Positions 19,506 to 29,620 of a DNA stretch of 64,000 nucleotides are shown in pieces. Within the stretch, counting starts at the first letter, position 1; every line of letters starts with the position of its first letter. The translations under genes were made by a program, and so were the position numbers. The DNA comes from Giardia intestinalis (lineage: Eukaryota): NCBI GenBank assembly GCA_000002435.2, contig CM018792.1. One strand, 5' to 3'. The notes beneath the pieces are model-generated. The model was not told the DNA's origin, made no database searches, and was given only the letters and a program-made list of their open reading frames with translations.

Positions 19506-22500
19506 TCACTTCAACATACAAGCCCACATATTGGCCGATGCACTGATGTGCCTTGTAAAAAGCTCGATTTGCCTGAGAACATACTCGAATCTGATCCGAT
19601 AGGAATTCGAAATAAAGTTTAGAGACTCTTTAAGCAGCATGAGTATTGGAAGGGCTATGGTTGTCAGTCCCACAGTTTCACGCAGCACTATTGTATCTAG
19701 TGGGTATGTACTCTTATTTAGACATGGCTCCTGGTTTGGTAGAACATAGGATAAGAGCTGCATTTCTTCCTCTACATCCAGATGCTTACTGACAGATAAG
19801 TGGAGAGACGTGGCCTTATTGTAAGCCTGAGCCGAGAACAGTAGAAAGGAAGTGAAGAGCTTGCAAAGCTTCAATTTAAAAGCCTCCAGCTCGGTGTCCA
19901 TGCTTCTATCGGTCAACGATTGAAGGATATCGTAGTAATTCGTTACAGCGATGTCCTCTGAAAAGCTCCGTGAAAACGTCAGATAAAACGACCTTATACG
20001 TCTTCGAGTAATCAAGTCGGAATGAGCTAAGAGTCCGGATTGCACTATAGCAATCCATCCTGCTGCTGTACAGAAATTTGTAGAGGGTGCAATATCTGCA
20101 TATAGATCGGCAAGCCAATGAGCCGAGGAGATAAGGGCCTTATTAGAAAGACCAGAGTGCTTGTACGTACTGCATAAAGCTGAAAGAAGCATTGCTAGGA
20201 TAACATCCTTGGGCAGAAACCCGGGGGCATCGTGCTCCATAGAGCAAAGGAATACAAATGCAGTTCTGATAACGTAAATCACTGTCGAGCTATTATAATA
20301 AACACTCGTCTCGTTGGTTGTAAGCCACAGGCACAGAGTGGATATTGCCTCAAGAGGTAAGCGAAAGTCAGTTATTAAGCCGAGATGGTGTAGTGCAGAA
20401 TATAGTAGCCTGAATAGCTTAATGCGATTGGAGATAATCGTTACTTGAATATGCTTAGATGAGTCGACGGGTGTTCGCACAATCATCCGAGGAGACTTCT
20501 CTGTTCCGTCTCTAGAGTGAGCAAACTGAAAACTTATTGACTTTGAGCCACAAGCGTCTGTCTCTTGGAAGCTGGGCCAAAAGCTGCAATCTGCATAAGA
20601 GTTAATGCTCAAAATAAAAGCCTCTGTGCTGAAGAATGCGTGCTTTGGAATGCATAATCCATGAAACTTGCGCTTCTCTCTGTCGTCTAGATCTTTGAAG
20701 AGTGGGTGGACTGGCTGATTAAGCTGGACGATGTGCTTCACTAGGTACGTGCCGATAAAGGATTTAGTCTTAAGACTCAATCTGCAGTTAGAAGAGTCTG
20801 TCTCTTTAAGCTTCTCCATGCTGTCAAAAGACGGTCTTGGGCAGAATGTTGTAGAAAGGAATTCATCCACAGATTTGGTGAGGTCTGTGGAGTCCGTAGA
20901 TAACGAGGTGTAAACGCAAAGCAATGAACTGCTGCCCTTGGTAGGTACAAGGCTGGACTGTAGGTTGTACTTCGATAGAATGCGCTTGTAGGAGCTGTGC
21001 CTTCGCGAACCAACAAGAGGATACATTATCTGCTGTATGTAGTCAATGGAATGGGACGTCTCCAGGGAGAAGAGCCTGTTGTGCACGCCGACAAACTCTA
21101 AGTCTTGGATAGATGACATAAGGCGCTTGCTCATGGCAGAATCTCGGCCTTCTATGCGAAAAATATGCGCAGTTATATCGGAAAGTTGTTTAAAGAGACA
21201 TTTGTTAAGGAAGCAGCTTTTTCGACTAAAGTATCCTAAGTGTGTACCTGCAATCGATTGAGATCTTTTTCTCCACAACTGTGGGGCGTGTGACTGATGG
21301 GGCGAGGTAGTATCCGACATAACGCATGAAATGGCTTCAGGAATGAACAAGGCCAGTAACGGGTTTAAGTGCAGCATGTCGTAGAAGGCCGAAACCTTCT
21401 CGTGCTGACCATATTGCTTGAAGAGCTTGTGGAGAGCCTTTTTAAAGTAAGGCTCCCCGTGTAGCGATACCTTATCAAAAAGAATACTAATTATAAGTGC
21501 ACTAATGCCTAAAGGGGATTGGTAGAATGCTGGTATGATGAAATCAGTCAGGAAAGAATAGGCGCACTTCTCTGGAAGAGAAAGGATATCGAGGGCCTCC
21601 CTCTGTAGCTCCGGCAGGGACCCAGAGGTGGGTGAGCGCAGGAGCAGAGTAAGAACCCTTTCATTTATCTTTTGCACAACCTTCGGGGGGAAGTACTGAG
21701 AGTCTTGGAACCACCAAGTGCTGAGGGTGACGGTGCTTTCCTTAATAAGGTTGATGTTCTGTGCAACAAGCAGCTGCAATCTATATAGGCTGGCATCATA
21801 TAAAAATAAAAGCCTTTCAACAGCTTGTGTAGAGTAGGAAGAATATCTGAGAAAGAGCTTGAGCAGAGTGGGGTCCGTGACAATATGCAGTAGGGAACGA
21901 GAAGAATGGAAGGGAGAGGCTTCACCGTTTTTACCGAAATGCGTAATAGCAATATTTCCATCCAGTGCCAATGTGAATCTGACGGTGATCAACGTCGTAA
22001 TTATGATGTAGTGAGTATCTGGCTGAAGCATAGACTCTCTAGAGAAAGCAAACACAAGCGTTATGAGCTTGACAACCCTGCGTACAATGAGTTTGTACAC
22101 ATTGTTAGATAAGGAGTAAATGAGGAGCATCTGCTTGAAGAAATTGTTTAGGTTGGGTTCGTGATAGGATAGTTGGCACAAGTCTGGACGTAGGGAGGCA
22201 CAACTAAGAGCACAGGAGTGCTTATGCAAGAGATATAATAAGATACATTCAGTGACAGAGAACACCACCAACAACACACAGGAGATAACGGTTGCAGTGT
22301 TATTGGAGCGCATAGAAATATCAACGCGCCCTGGGTGCGTGGTCAATTCACGGTAAATTGAAAGAGCCACAACTGGAAACAGAAAAGGTACTATAGTGCG
22401 TAGATACAAGCGAGACCACACACGTGAGACACCATGAGACAGAATCGTTAAGTGTGCAAGCATAGGCAACGCTGTATCTTCGAGTAGAAAGATAAAGGAC

Positions 22501-22838
22501 AAGACCCTAAACAGGCATGTCCCTAGAGGCACGGCATATGAGCCTGAAAAGACAAGAAGGAGTGATATAAAATATAGAGTTACTAGACATACTTTAGAAA
22601 CAGAGATATAAGTAGACATTTCCAACACCCGCAGAAGCCATCCGCCAAAGATATCGTTTGCGCCATCAACCGGCGACGGCTGTGAGTGTATTGATGCTTG
22701 TAAACCGACATCGGGGCCTTGATGCATGATGGTAGATGTAGACCTTCTGGGCCGCGACGTCCGGGGCAGAAAGTACACAAGCACTGCCACCAGCATGTAA
22801 ACGGCCCACGCTTCAACAACCAAATTGGGCAATAGCAT
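19506..22838 (-). CDS. Large multi-pass membrane protein (~1110 aa), function unknown
   Basis: The track start at 22862 is GTG; the first ATG is at 22838-22836 (MLLPNLVVEAWAVYMLVAVLVYF...). Several hydrophobic helices lie in the first ~350 aa, followed by a large soluble region. Confidence 0.6.
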   Translation of the reverse strand: MLLPNLVVEAWAVYMLVAVLVYFLPRTSRPRRSTSTIMHQGPDVGLQASIHSQPSPVDGANDIFGGWLLRVLEMSTYISVSKVCLVTLYFISLLLVFSGSYAVPLGTCLFRVLSFIFLLEDTALPMLAHLTILSHGVSRVWSRLYLRTIVPFLFPVVALSIYRELTTHPGRVDISMRSNNTATVISCVLLVVFSVTECILLYLLHKHSCALSCASLRPDLCQLSYHEPNLNNFFKQMLLIYSLSNNVYKLIVRRVVKLITLVFAFSRESMLQPDTHYIIITTLITVRFTLALDGNIAITHFGKNGEASPFHSSRSLLHIVTDPTLLKLFLRYSSYSTQAVERLLFLYDASLYRLQLLVAQNINLIKESTVTLSTWWFQDSQYFPPKVVQKINERVLTLLLRSPTSGSLPELQREALDILSLPEKCAYSFLTDFIIPAFYQSPLGISALIISILFDKVSLHGEPYFKKALHKLFKQYGQHEKVSAFYDMLHLNPLLALFIPEAISCVMSDTTSPHQSHAPQLWRKRSQSIAGTHLGYFSRKSCFLNKCLFKQLSDITAHIFRIEGRDSAMSKRLMSSIQDLEFVGVHNRLFSLETSHSIDYIQQIMYPLVGSRRHSSYKRILSKYNLQSSLVPTKGSSSLLCVYTSLSTDSTDLTKSVDEFLSTTFCPRPSFDSMEKLKETDSSNCRLSLKTKSFIGTYLVKHIVQLNQPVHPLFKDLDDREKRKFHGLCIPKHAFFSTEAFILSINSYADCSFWPSFQETDACGSKSISFQFAHSRDGTEKSPRMIVRTPVDSSKHIQVTIISNRIKLFRLLYSALHHLGLITDFRLPLEAISTLCLWLTTNETSVYYNSSTVIYVIRTAFVFLCSMEHDAPGFLPKDVILAMLLSALCSTYKHSGLSNKALISSAHWLADLYADIAPSTNFCTAAGWIAIVQSGLLAHSDLITRRRIRSFYLTFSRSFSEDIAVTNYYDILQSLTDRSMDTELEAFKLKLCKLFTSFLLFSAQAYNKATSLHLSVSKHLDVEEEMQLLSYVLPNQEPCLNKSTYPLDTIVLRETVGLTTIALPILMLLKESLNFISNSYRIRFEYVLRQIELFTRHISASANMWACMLK

Positions 22839-23343
22839 TTGTTCAGTGCTTACAGTACTCACGTACTTAGAGAGTTAATTTTAAGGTGGAATTTACAACA
22901 ATAGAAGCCGGCGTATCTTCGCAAGTTTTAAATTAATTGAGAAACCTGTTGATGAAAGTAGTCGATGGATTGAACAGATTGGCCCGTAGTCAGCACACAT
23001 GCGCACACCTGATCCTTTAACACAAAGATGTAGTTACACAGTCTATTAAGATTGACAACACTAGATTGTAGAAGCCCGGCAAATTATATCACTCACAATG
23101 ATTATAACGGAGGAGCTGGTCTATGGTGTGCAGGCTCTATCAGTACCAACACCGTTCAAACTCATAAGCATTGTACAGTTGTTCGCATAGCATGCATCTA
23201 GCTGTAGGTTCTCCGCAAAATGTCATTTGTGGGCTCACACGGCGGTCCAAGTGACAACCAAAATAAAAATCGTCGCTTTGGAGGTTCACTCCATTCTGCA
23301 GTGCAAGGTTGCTTTTTCTCCGGTTTACTTACTCTGTGTTGGA

Positions 23344-24372
23344 ATGGATTCGTTGTCTATCATGATAATAGTCTTCAATACGATCGCGTGCACACTGGCC
23401 ATTGTTGGAGCTGTACTAAATGTTTATACAAGAAAACACCCTTTCAACTCATTTTATAGAGAACGGCTTGCCATCTGCTTCTCCACCGTCGTCTTCACAC
23501 TGGTCTCGTCAGTTTTCAGGTCACCAACTCAGGTAGACATAGGTCAGATCCATACCTCCGTCCAGAGCGGCAAGGCTACCATCGAGTCAGCACTTGTTGC
23601 CGTCGGAAATTGGTTGCTCTGCAGCTACTACTTCGGCATGCACCCCACTTTCAATTGGTGTCTTATCTTTATGGCTTCTTTGCAGACCAAAAGGCGACAG
23701 AGAAAGTTTGAGGCAACTGACTTGAGCCTACTGCCATCTCCTACTGAGACCAACTGTAAGCTACACGGAGCATCAGATGAGGTTAAAGCTGTTAGTACTG
23801 ATACTCTTGCCCTACATTCATTCAATCTGCAGGCGATATACCCCAAGCCCATGAAATTTATCTCTGTCTTCTTCATCGCCACTGGGAGTGCAGTGACCGC
23901 AGGACTGCTCTTGGCAGCCATCCACGCCTTCCACTTTCTGGTCGTGGACAGGGCTGGTGCAATCTCCTCAAATAATAAGATTCCACCTCTGTACAAGGGG
24001 TTGTTTACGTCAGAAAGCAGCAGCGGCAACGTTAGAATAACCTTTCGGATGGGGCTCTACAGCTATTCCTTGCTCTCCACGTGTGCACGCGTCATAGCCA
24101 TATCAGCCTTTTTCATCATAACCGCACTGCAGTTGCGGAACGTAAAGAATCCAAACAAAGTAACTCGTAAGCGTAGCTGGATCAAGTTATCGCTGACCTT
24201 TGTTATTGACATCTTCCCATCGTTACTGACCCTACTGTCCACCTTCATCGATCGCACGTTCCAGTCGTTCACCTCTTTGATGCTGCTCCTCTGTGCAACA
24301 TCGTCCACCATGATATCCTTCAGTATAGTGCCCCCCTGCACTATACTAAACGAGCGAAAGATAAATTCTTAA
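23344..24372 (+). CDS. Multi-pass integral membrane protein (~342 aa)
   Basis: The track start at 23227 is TTG; the first in-frame ATG is 23344 (MDSLSIMIIVFNTIACTLAIVGAVL...). It has at least 6-7 hydrophobic segments. Its TAA stop at 24370-24372 overlaps the stop of the convergent kinase gene. Confidence 0.5.
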   Translation: MDSLSIMIIVFNTIACTLAIVGAVLNVYTRKHPFNSFYRERLAICFSTVVFTLVSSVFRSPTQVDIGQIHTSVQSGKATIESALVAVGNWLLCSYYFGMHPTFNWCLIFMASLQTKRRQRKFEATDLSLLPSPTETNCKLHGASDEVKAVSTDTLALHSFNLQAIYPKPMKFISVFFIATGSAVTAGLLLAAIHAFHFLVVDRAGAISSNNKIPPLYKGLFTSESSSGNVRITFRMGLYSYSLLSTCARVIAISAFFIITALQLRNVKNPNKVTRKRSWIKLSLTFVIDIFPSLLTLLSTFIDRTFQSFTSLMLLLCATSSTMISFSIVPPCTILNERKINS

Positions 24373-26138
24373 CTCCAGTCGCATTCGTCTACAATGTTCT
24401 GCGTTGGCAGACTGAGAGCGACCTTGCGCAGCTCATCTAGGGAGAGCTGTGCTGATACCCCTGCGGTGCCGGACGACTGCCCATCTAGCACAGGGATCTC
24501 CAAATAGGGCGCAGATATCGACTTGGCTGGTTCGCTCGGGGCTTTTATCTCTGCTACCGCCTCGTCATTATCTATACTGTTAGGATTGCTTTTTGCTTTC
24601 TTTGCTTGTTGATTGGCGGGACAGAAGAGACTTGTCAGCTTGGCAATGGATCCTTCGTGGAAGGAGCCTGTCTTAACCCCCACCAGTTTTGATAAGTCGC
24701 TGACACCGGAAACGGTCACGGACGATCCTGTCCCGCAGCGTCTGTCTCCCAGACCAGTTACCAGTGTCTCATGGTGACTCTGAAGGTTGACAATATCACC
24801 GTTCGCGTCAAAAATAACCTGCTTTGGATGTGTAGGAAGCTTTGCCCGCTGGTATGCGCTCAGCACCCCCTTGATGAACTGATCGCACTCTTTCGGCAAA
24901 ATAGCGCCTGTTCCGGCAAAATCCTGGGCTATCTGCTGGTGCTCTCGAGGGAAAACCTCGAAGTTTCTTTTTAGAAGCTCGATGTCCCACTCCTCGCTCC
25001 CTAGATCCTTACTCAGGTTGATGTTCGGGATGGTGGGAGGGTCGTTTATTATGGCAAAATTGATATTTTTAAAAAAGGGGTGGTTCTTCAGTTCGGATGC
25101 GCCCATCTTAGATCCTAGACGGGTTTTGGGATTTATATCCAGCAACCTCTTGATCAGATCTTTGCATTTTTTGCTAACCTTATAGGGCCCATCGGGGAAT
25201 GTGAACACTCCTCGGAGTATTTTCTTGGAAATTGTGTCTAGAGACGCGCCCTTGCTCATGAAGGGTGTCACACCGTAGAGGCACTCATATATGAAAATTC
25301 CGAGAGTCCACCAATCAGCAGCCTGAGAGTGCTCACCTTGAAGGACTTCCGGAGGCAGACACTCAGGCGTGCCAACCAGAGACGCCGTTGTCTCCTGGAA
25401 GCCGGTTGGAAAGATCGTTGTAGTCTTTTTGCCGACAGATAGCTGTACAGGCTTATAGTGGTCCACCGTCGCACCCAATGTGAGTCTTTTAGCTAGATCG
25501 AAGTCCGTCAATCTAATATGGCCGTCGTGGTGTAGAAGAACATTTTCCGTCTTTAGATCTCTGTAAATGATGCCGTGATAATGAAGGTATTCAAACGCAG
25601 TAAGTATTTCGGCTGCGTAATGCTGCACAGTAGACTCTGGGAAACAGCGGTTGGGCTGCCTCTTGAGGACCTCAGCGAACTCACCTCCATTGCAGAATTC
25701 CATCAATAAATAGAAATTCCTTTCGTCTGCAAAACTAGCGTGGAGGGTCATTATGAACGGGTGCCGTGAGGTCATTAAAATGTGCAACTCTGTAAAGAAA
25801 CGGTTAACCTTATTGCGCTTGGTGAGATCGTGCTGACTACATACCTTCAGGGCAAAAACAGTCTCGTTTCTGCCCGTTGGAATCAGCACCTTCTCAGAGC
25901 TACGCTTGACCAGGTATACGCGCCCAGCGTCCCCGATTCCAAGAAGACAAAGAATTTGAAAGTCGGAGGCGCGGTAGTGAGCCATGTTACCGATGCGCTT
26001 TGTGTAGTGGAAGTTGTGGACGTCTGCTAGCCTGCTACCTCCGGTAAAAGCCTCCATCATACTGATGGTCTGCGACGCGGGATAGGACCCGACCTTCGCA
26101 TTTGGAAGAGTTCCTGTCTCCAGGATTGGCCTTGACAT
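24369..26138 (-). CDS. AGC-family Ser/Thr protein kinase with a ~200-aa C-terminal extension
   Basis: Gly loop LGIGDAGRVY, catalytic YRDLKTEN, DFD instead of DFG, then an insert before GTPECLPPEV (NDR/AGC-like), and the AGC C-lobe HPFFKNINF. The track start at 26183 is TTG; the first ATG is at 26138-26136 (MSRPILETG...). Confidence 0.8.
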   Translation of the reverse strand: MSRPILETGTLPNAKVGSYPASQTISMMEAFTGGSRLADVHNFHYTKRIGNMAHYRASDFQILCLLGIGDAGRVYLVKRSSEKVLIPTGRNETVFALKVCSQHDLTKRNKVNRFFTELHILMTSRHPFIMTLHASFADERNFYLLMEFCNGGEFAEVLKRQPNRCFPESTVQHYAAEILTAFEYLHYHGIIYRDLKTENVLLHHDGHIRLTDFDLAKRLTLGATVDHYKPVQLSVGKKTTTIFPTGFQETTASLVGTPECLPPEVLQGEHSQAADWWTLGIFIYECLYGVTPFMSKGASLDTISKKILRGVFTFPDGPYKVSKKCKDLIKRLLDINPKTRLGSKMGASELKNHPFFKNINFAIINDPPTIPNINLSKDLGSEEWDIELLKRNFEVFPREHQQIAQDFAGTGAILPKECDQFIKGVLSAYQRAKLPTHPKQVIFDANGDIVNLQSHHETLVTGLGDRRCGTGSSVTVSGVSDLSKLVGVKTGSFHEGSIAKLTSLFCPANQQAKKAKSNPNSIDNDEAVAEIKAPSEPAKSISAPYLEIPVLDGQSSGTAGVSAQLSLDELRKVALSLPTQNIVDECDWS

Positions 26139-26385
26139 TGCAACTGTTTTTTCTTTCCTATGTGCAAAAATATTTTGCAACAATTTTTTAAACTCATTTT
26201 TTAAACGTCGTTTTTAATATGTTCAGAGATATTAGAATGAACATGCATTTTCGGATGTCGAGCATCGAGGATAAAGCATCTCTCGATCTGCAAGCTCCTT
26301 ACTAGAGACAAGTATCTTTTCAGTGCTGGTCTACACATCTCCACACGGACATGGCACACGCTTTCCCGTTGGGGGTTTTATTAAA

Positions 26386-27042
26386 ATGGTTCCTCAGCCT
26401 CAGCGTGTAGCGATCGCGGTTCCCCCAGGAACAAAAGCAGGCCTCTGGCCCTTCATTGTGACATGCGTGCTGGTTGGCATAGAGGTCGCCGTGGCGTTCA
26501 TCGACCTTATCGTCCAGGCAGCAGGAGGTGCGAAGAACACTAAGGCAATGAACCTCCTGAAGAAGGGGCTTCTGTCCGCCGCTGTCATAAACTTCCACAT
26601 GACGTGGTGCATTCCCTTTTCCCTGACCCTCACCTACATTGTGAGTTCCCTGAGCTGGTCCATGGGCAGGAAGAAGTGTAGTCTATTTCCCCTTCTTAAC
26701 GGCTTCGCATGCTTTCTCTTCCTCGGTGCTGCCATCTACTCGTGGATGTGGGCAAATGATGCAGAGATTATGCTCCAGATTTGTAAGAACTTCCTCATTC
26801 CTCTCGGCCTGAAGAAGAGCCCCGAGCAGCTCAGGCTGACCATCTACACGCCCCAGATCAAGCTTCTTGTGGACATAATGGTCTCATGGGGATATCCCGC
26901 GCAGTGCGTGATTGTATTGACCGACGCATTCCTAGCCATTTGCCGGCGCGGCTCGGACAGGATCATTCACCTCCTCGTCCGCGTTGATAAATATGACAAG
27001 ATACACGTCAAGATGGACCCTTATGATCTGATCAGCAGTTGA
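26386..27042 (+). CDS. Small 4-TM membrane protein (~218 aa)
   Basis: The track start at 26323 is GTG; the first ATG is 26386 (MVPQPQRVAIAV...). Four hydrophobic helices (FIVTCVLVGIEVAVAFIDLIV, LLSAAVINFHMTWCIPFSLTLTYIV, FACFLFLGAAIYSWMW, and others). Confidence 0.5.
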   Translation: MVPQPQRVAIAVPPGTKAGLWPFIVTCVLVGIEVAVAFIDLIVQAAGGAKNTKAMNLLKKGLLSAAVINFHMTWCIPFSLTLTYIVSSLSWSMGRKKCSLFPLLNGFACFLFLGAAIYSWMWANDAEIMLQICKNFLIPLGLKKSPEQLRLTIYTPQIKLLVDIMVSWGYPAQCVIVLTDAFLAICRRGSDRIIHLLVRVDKYDKIHVKMDPYDLISS

Positions 27043-27131
27043 AGAGCTACTGTGAAGCAGATCGAGACCCTTCTTCTAGACCTCCGTGCTCGCTGGCCTG
27101 GTTTAGTAAATTATCCGTTACTTAACACGGT

Positions 27132-27485
27132 CTACAAGTCGGCCTCCCTGATGTGGCTGTAGATGCATGCATCTCCAAACCTGCAGTGCCCTGTTTCGTA
27201 GAAGTCCTTACAGACTCCGTGCGGCACTGCTTTTGTCCTTTTTGCTTTGGGAGGCTCTGTAGGGTCAGACGGAGCCAAGAAAGTAGTAGTGCCGTTCAAG
27301 GCTGTGTCAGCTGACGCCCCGATTGGGTTGTAACTCTGTGCATCGTAGCTGAGCCCTACGGACTCATATTTCCGGTCTGCTTCTTCTCTCGTGATCGACC
27401 GCCTTTGTACAACTGTACCTGGCAGCAATCTGGCGGTCACGTTCATTGCCCATGCGAGGATCTCTTCCGGATCCCGGTGGTCCAT
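27132..27485 (-). CDS. Small CCCH-type zinc-finger protein (117 aa)
   Basis: ATG verified at 27485-27483. The C-terminus CKDFYETGHCRFGDACIYSH is a C-x8-C-x5-C-x3-H zinc finger. Confidence 0.6.
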   Translation of the reverse strand: MDHRDPEEILAWAMNVTARLLPGTVVQRRSITREEADRKYESVGLSYDAQSYNPIGASADTALNGTTTFLAPSDPTEPPKAKRTKAVPHGVCKDFYETGHCRFGDACIYSHIREADL

Positions 27486-27559
27486 CGAAAAGGGCTGCGC
27501 CGTTTACTACCTTTTTTATTAAAGCACGGCAAATACCCCGTTCCCTGCGCCCCTGCGAG

Positions 27560-28978
27560 TCAGTTCCCTGCGGCGTAAATATATAAATTAGAAACTGTAC
27601 TGATTGCTAAAATGTTCTCTGTTGGATGCCAATCAAGATATTGAATCTTCTTTCTGATGTCTACTTGATCTAGCAAGAGATTCTCTCCCAGGACCTTACC
27701 GCTCTCTAAAATGGGGAGCGCTCCAATGCTGCTTGAAGGAATCGTTCTATTATTAAGGTGCTGTAAGACTTGCTTGGAGCGCTTGCGAATCTGACGGGTG
27801 GCGAGGATTGCAATGCCGCTGGACGACGCTATATCGCGGCTACGGGTGCCATAAATGTGGAACTTGTCACTAAAGGAGCCGGTCACAAACGATCTGCAGT
27901 CAGGGGATACGGCAACGTCGTTTCTGTCGAAAAGAGAGTCCGACTCCAAAAGCCTCTGGGCGTAATCCTTCACAAATGGATGGATTGGAAGGGTGATTAG
28001 GGGGCGTCCTTCTGAACGAATGTCCCAGAGTTTGAGGCTCAAGAAGTCACGCGCAATGATTGTGTTGCCGTCCTTTGTGACATGGAGACCAGATATTCCG
28101 GCAGCAATGTCTGACTGGCCGCTGTATGTAGCGAATGCGCCGTACGGGCAATCGGACGTGTTGAGGAACGGATTTGCATACTGCTTGGCGTAGGTGTCAC
28201 AGAGCGCACGCTTCCTCGTGTCGCAGAGCTTGATCGTACCATGAGATGTTCCATAAACGAAGACGCTGCCATTGGTGGGGTGATAATCTGCGAATGTGAC
28301 AACTTCTTGCACGTCCTCCAAAGACGCGGGCTTCAAATCTACCATGGAAAACGCTTCCGTGTTGCTGTCTACTGACCAGATATTGATGCGAAGATCGTCT
28401 GCGACGAGAAATTGGTCCCCGGCACAGGAGGGAGCAATGGAATTGACGTGGAAGGTTGTCACGTTAGAAAAGATCTTTTTCGTTATGGAGGACACCATCT
28501 TCTCTTCGGACTTTATTATCTCAGGGATGTGCAGCTCTCCCTGGAGCTTCCCGTTGGCCGTTCGAGAAAGGTTTGTATGAGCTATTTGTACACTACACCT
28601 ATTCGCAACACGCCAGATTTTGACCGTTCTCTCGTTAGTTGTCAAGAGGAAGAGAGCACCATTGGCTGGTGGCAACCACTGAACCTGCACAATACGTTCA
28701 GATATCTGCATGGAGCGAAGGGAGTCAAAGTCGGGCTCGTGGGATTGGAATTCGGCATAAAATCCGTACTCCACCATGGCCTTATCCTTATTGGCTGAGT
28801 CTGCACGCTCGAAGATTATAACGCGCCCTCCGCGATCGCCTGCAGCTATGTAAGAGCCGTCCTGGTTAAACTTTAACGCAGAGATCATGTCAGCGTCCTG
28901 GATGGCCTCTATCGAGCACGTGTCGCCGAACACCTGCCTGAAGTTCCACTCTATCTGATCGGCCGTCTTGGTGGTCAT
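27560..28978 (-). CDS. Protein phosphatase 2A regulatory subunit B (B55/PR55), a WD40 protein
   Basis: ATG verified at 28978-28976. The N-terminus DQIEWNFRQVFGD...ISALKFNQDGSYIAAGDRGGRVIIFE matches the B55 signature (IQWCFSQVKG...GDKGGRVVIFQ). WD repeats run throughout. Confidence 0.85.
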   Translation of the reverse strand: MTTKTADQIEWNFRQVFGDTCSIEAIQDADMISALKFNQDGSYIAAGDRGGRVIIFERADSANKDKAMVEYGFYAEFQSHEPDFDSLRSMQISERIVQVQWLPPANGALFLLTTNERTVKIWRVANRCSVQIAHTNLSRTANGKLQGELHIPEIIKSEEKMVSSITKKIFSNVTTFHVNSIAPSCAGDQFLVADDLRINIWSVDSNTEAFSMVDLKPASLEDVQEVVTFADYHPTNGSVFVYGTSHGTIKLCDTRKRALCDTYAKQYANPFLNTSDCPYGAFATYSGQSDIAAGISGLHVTKDGNTIIARDFLSLKLWDIRSEGRPLITLPIHPFVKDYAQRLLESDSLFDRNDVAVSPDCRSFVTGSFSDKFHIYGTRSRDIASSSGIAILATRQIRKRSKQVLQHLNNRTIPSSSIGALPILESGKVLGENLLLDQVDIRKKIQYLDWHPTENILAISTVSNLYIYAAGN

Positions 28979-29036
28979 TGCTTAAAAATAGCACAGTTTT
29001 TTAAAATCTGTGAAAAAATACATTCGAAAGGGCTTT
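28979..29036. promoter_or_regulatory. 58-bp AT-rich bidirectional promoter between the B55 gene (ATG 28978, minus) and the Rab-like GTPase gene (ATG 29037, plus)
   Basis: The spacer is TGCTTAAAAATAGCACAGTTTTTTAAAATCTGTGAAAAAATACATTCGAAAGGGCTTT. Confidence 0.4.
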
Positions 29037-29573
29037 ATGCCGGTGGTGATCCGGAGCACGGTGGCCGTCCTTGGAGACCCGCAGACGGGGAAAAGCGCGC
29101 TCCTCAACACCGTTTGCGGGAATGGGGGGCAACATGCCCTGCAGCCGACCATGCGGCCAGATGTTTTCAAGAAGCAAATAAAGATACCAGGGTCAGATTA
29201 CAGCGTCGACCTTATTCTCATCGACTGCCCCTCACATCACCTTTCTTTCTCCCTGACAAAGAAGGCGATAGCAGAATGCCAGCAAATCCTCGTTCTTTCG
29301 TCTTTTCTCAGCGCCGATTCCCTGGCCAATATGGCAAAGTGGATTGAGATGTTTCGGGATGCAACGATGATCCCGAAGGTTTCTGGCGTTGCAGCAATAA
29401 GCTATGCACACGAAGACTCGTCTCAGTTTACATTTGAAGAGGCAGAGCGGCAGGCGAAGTCGCTCGGCCTGGGCGCTGTCCAGTGCAATCCGGCCACTGG
29501 AAGGGACTGTGACACGCCCTTTGCCATGCTCGCCCACCTTGCCCACAAGCGCTTCTTGAAGAACGGGGAGTAA
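29037..29573 (+). CDS. Rab-like small GTPase with a degenerate G3 motif, possibly IFT22/RabL5-like
   Basis: The track start at 29010 is GTG; the first ATG is 29037 (MPVVIRSTVAVLGDPQTGKSALLN...). P-loop GDPQTGKS. The DxxGQ position reads LIDCPSHH, which is atypical and resembles divergent Rab-like IFT GTPases. There is no C-terminal prenylation Cys motif. Confidence 0.55.
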   Translation: MPVVIRSTVAVLGDPQTGKSALLNTVCGNGGQHALQPTMRPDVFKKQIKIPGSDYSVDLILIDCPSHHLSFSLTKKAIAECQQILVLSSFLSADSLANMAKWIEMFRDATMIPKVSGVAAISYAHEDSSQFTFEEAERQAKSLGLGAVQCNPATGRDCDTPFAMLAHLAHKRFLKNGE

Positions 29574-29620
29574 ATATCGTCGAAGTCCTGTGTCCTCCTG
29601 TGTAAGCCTATAATTCAAAA

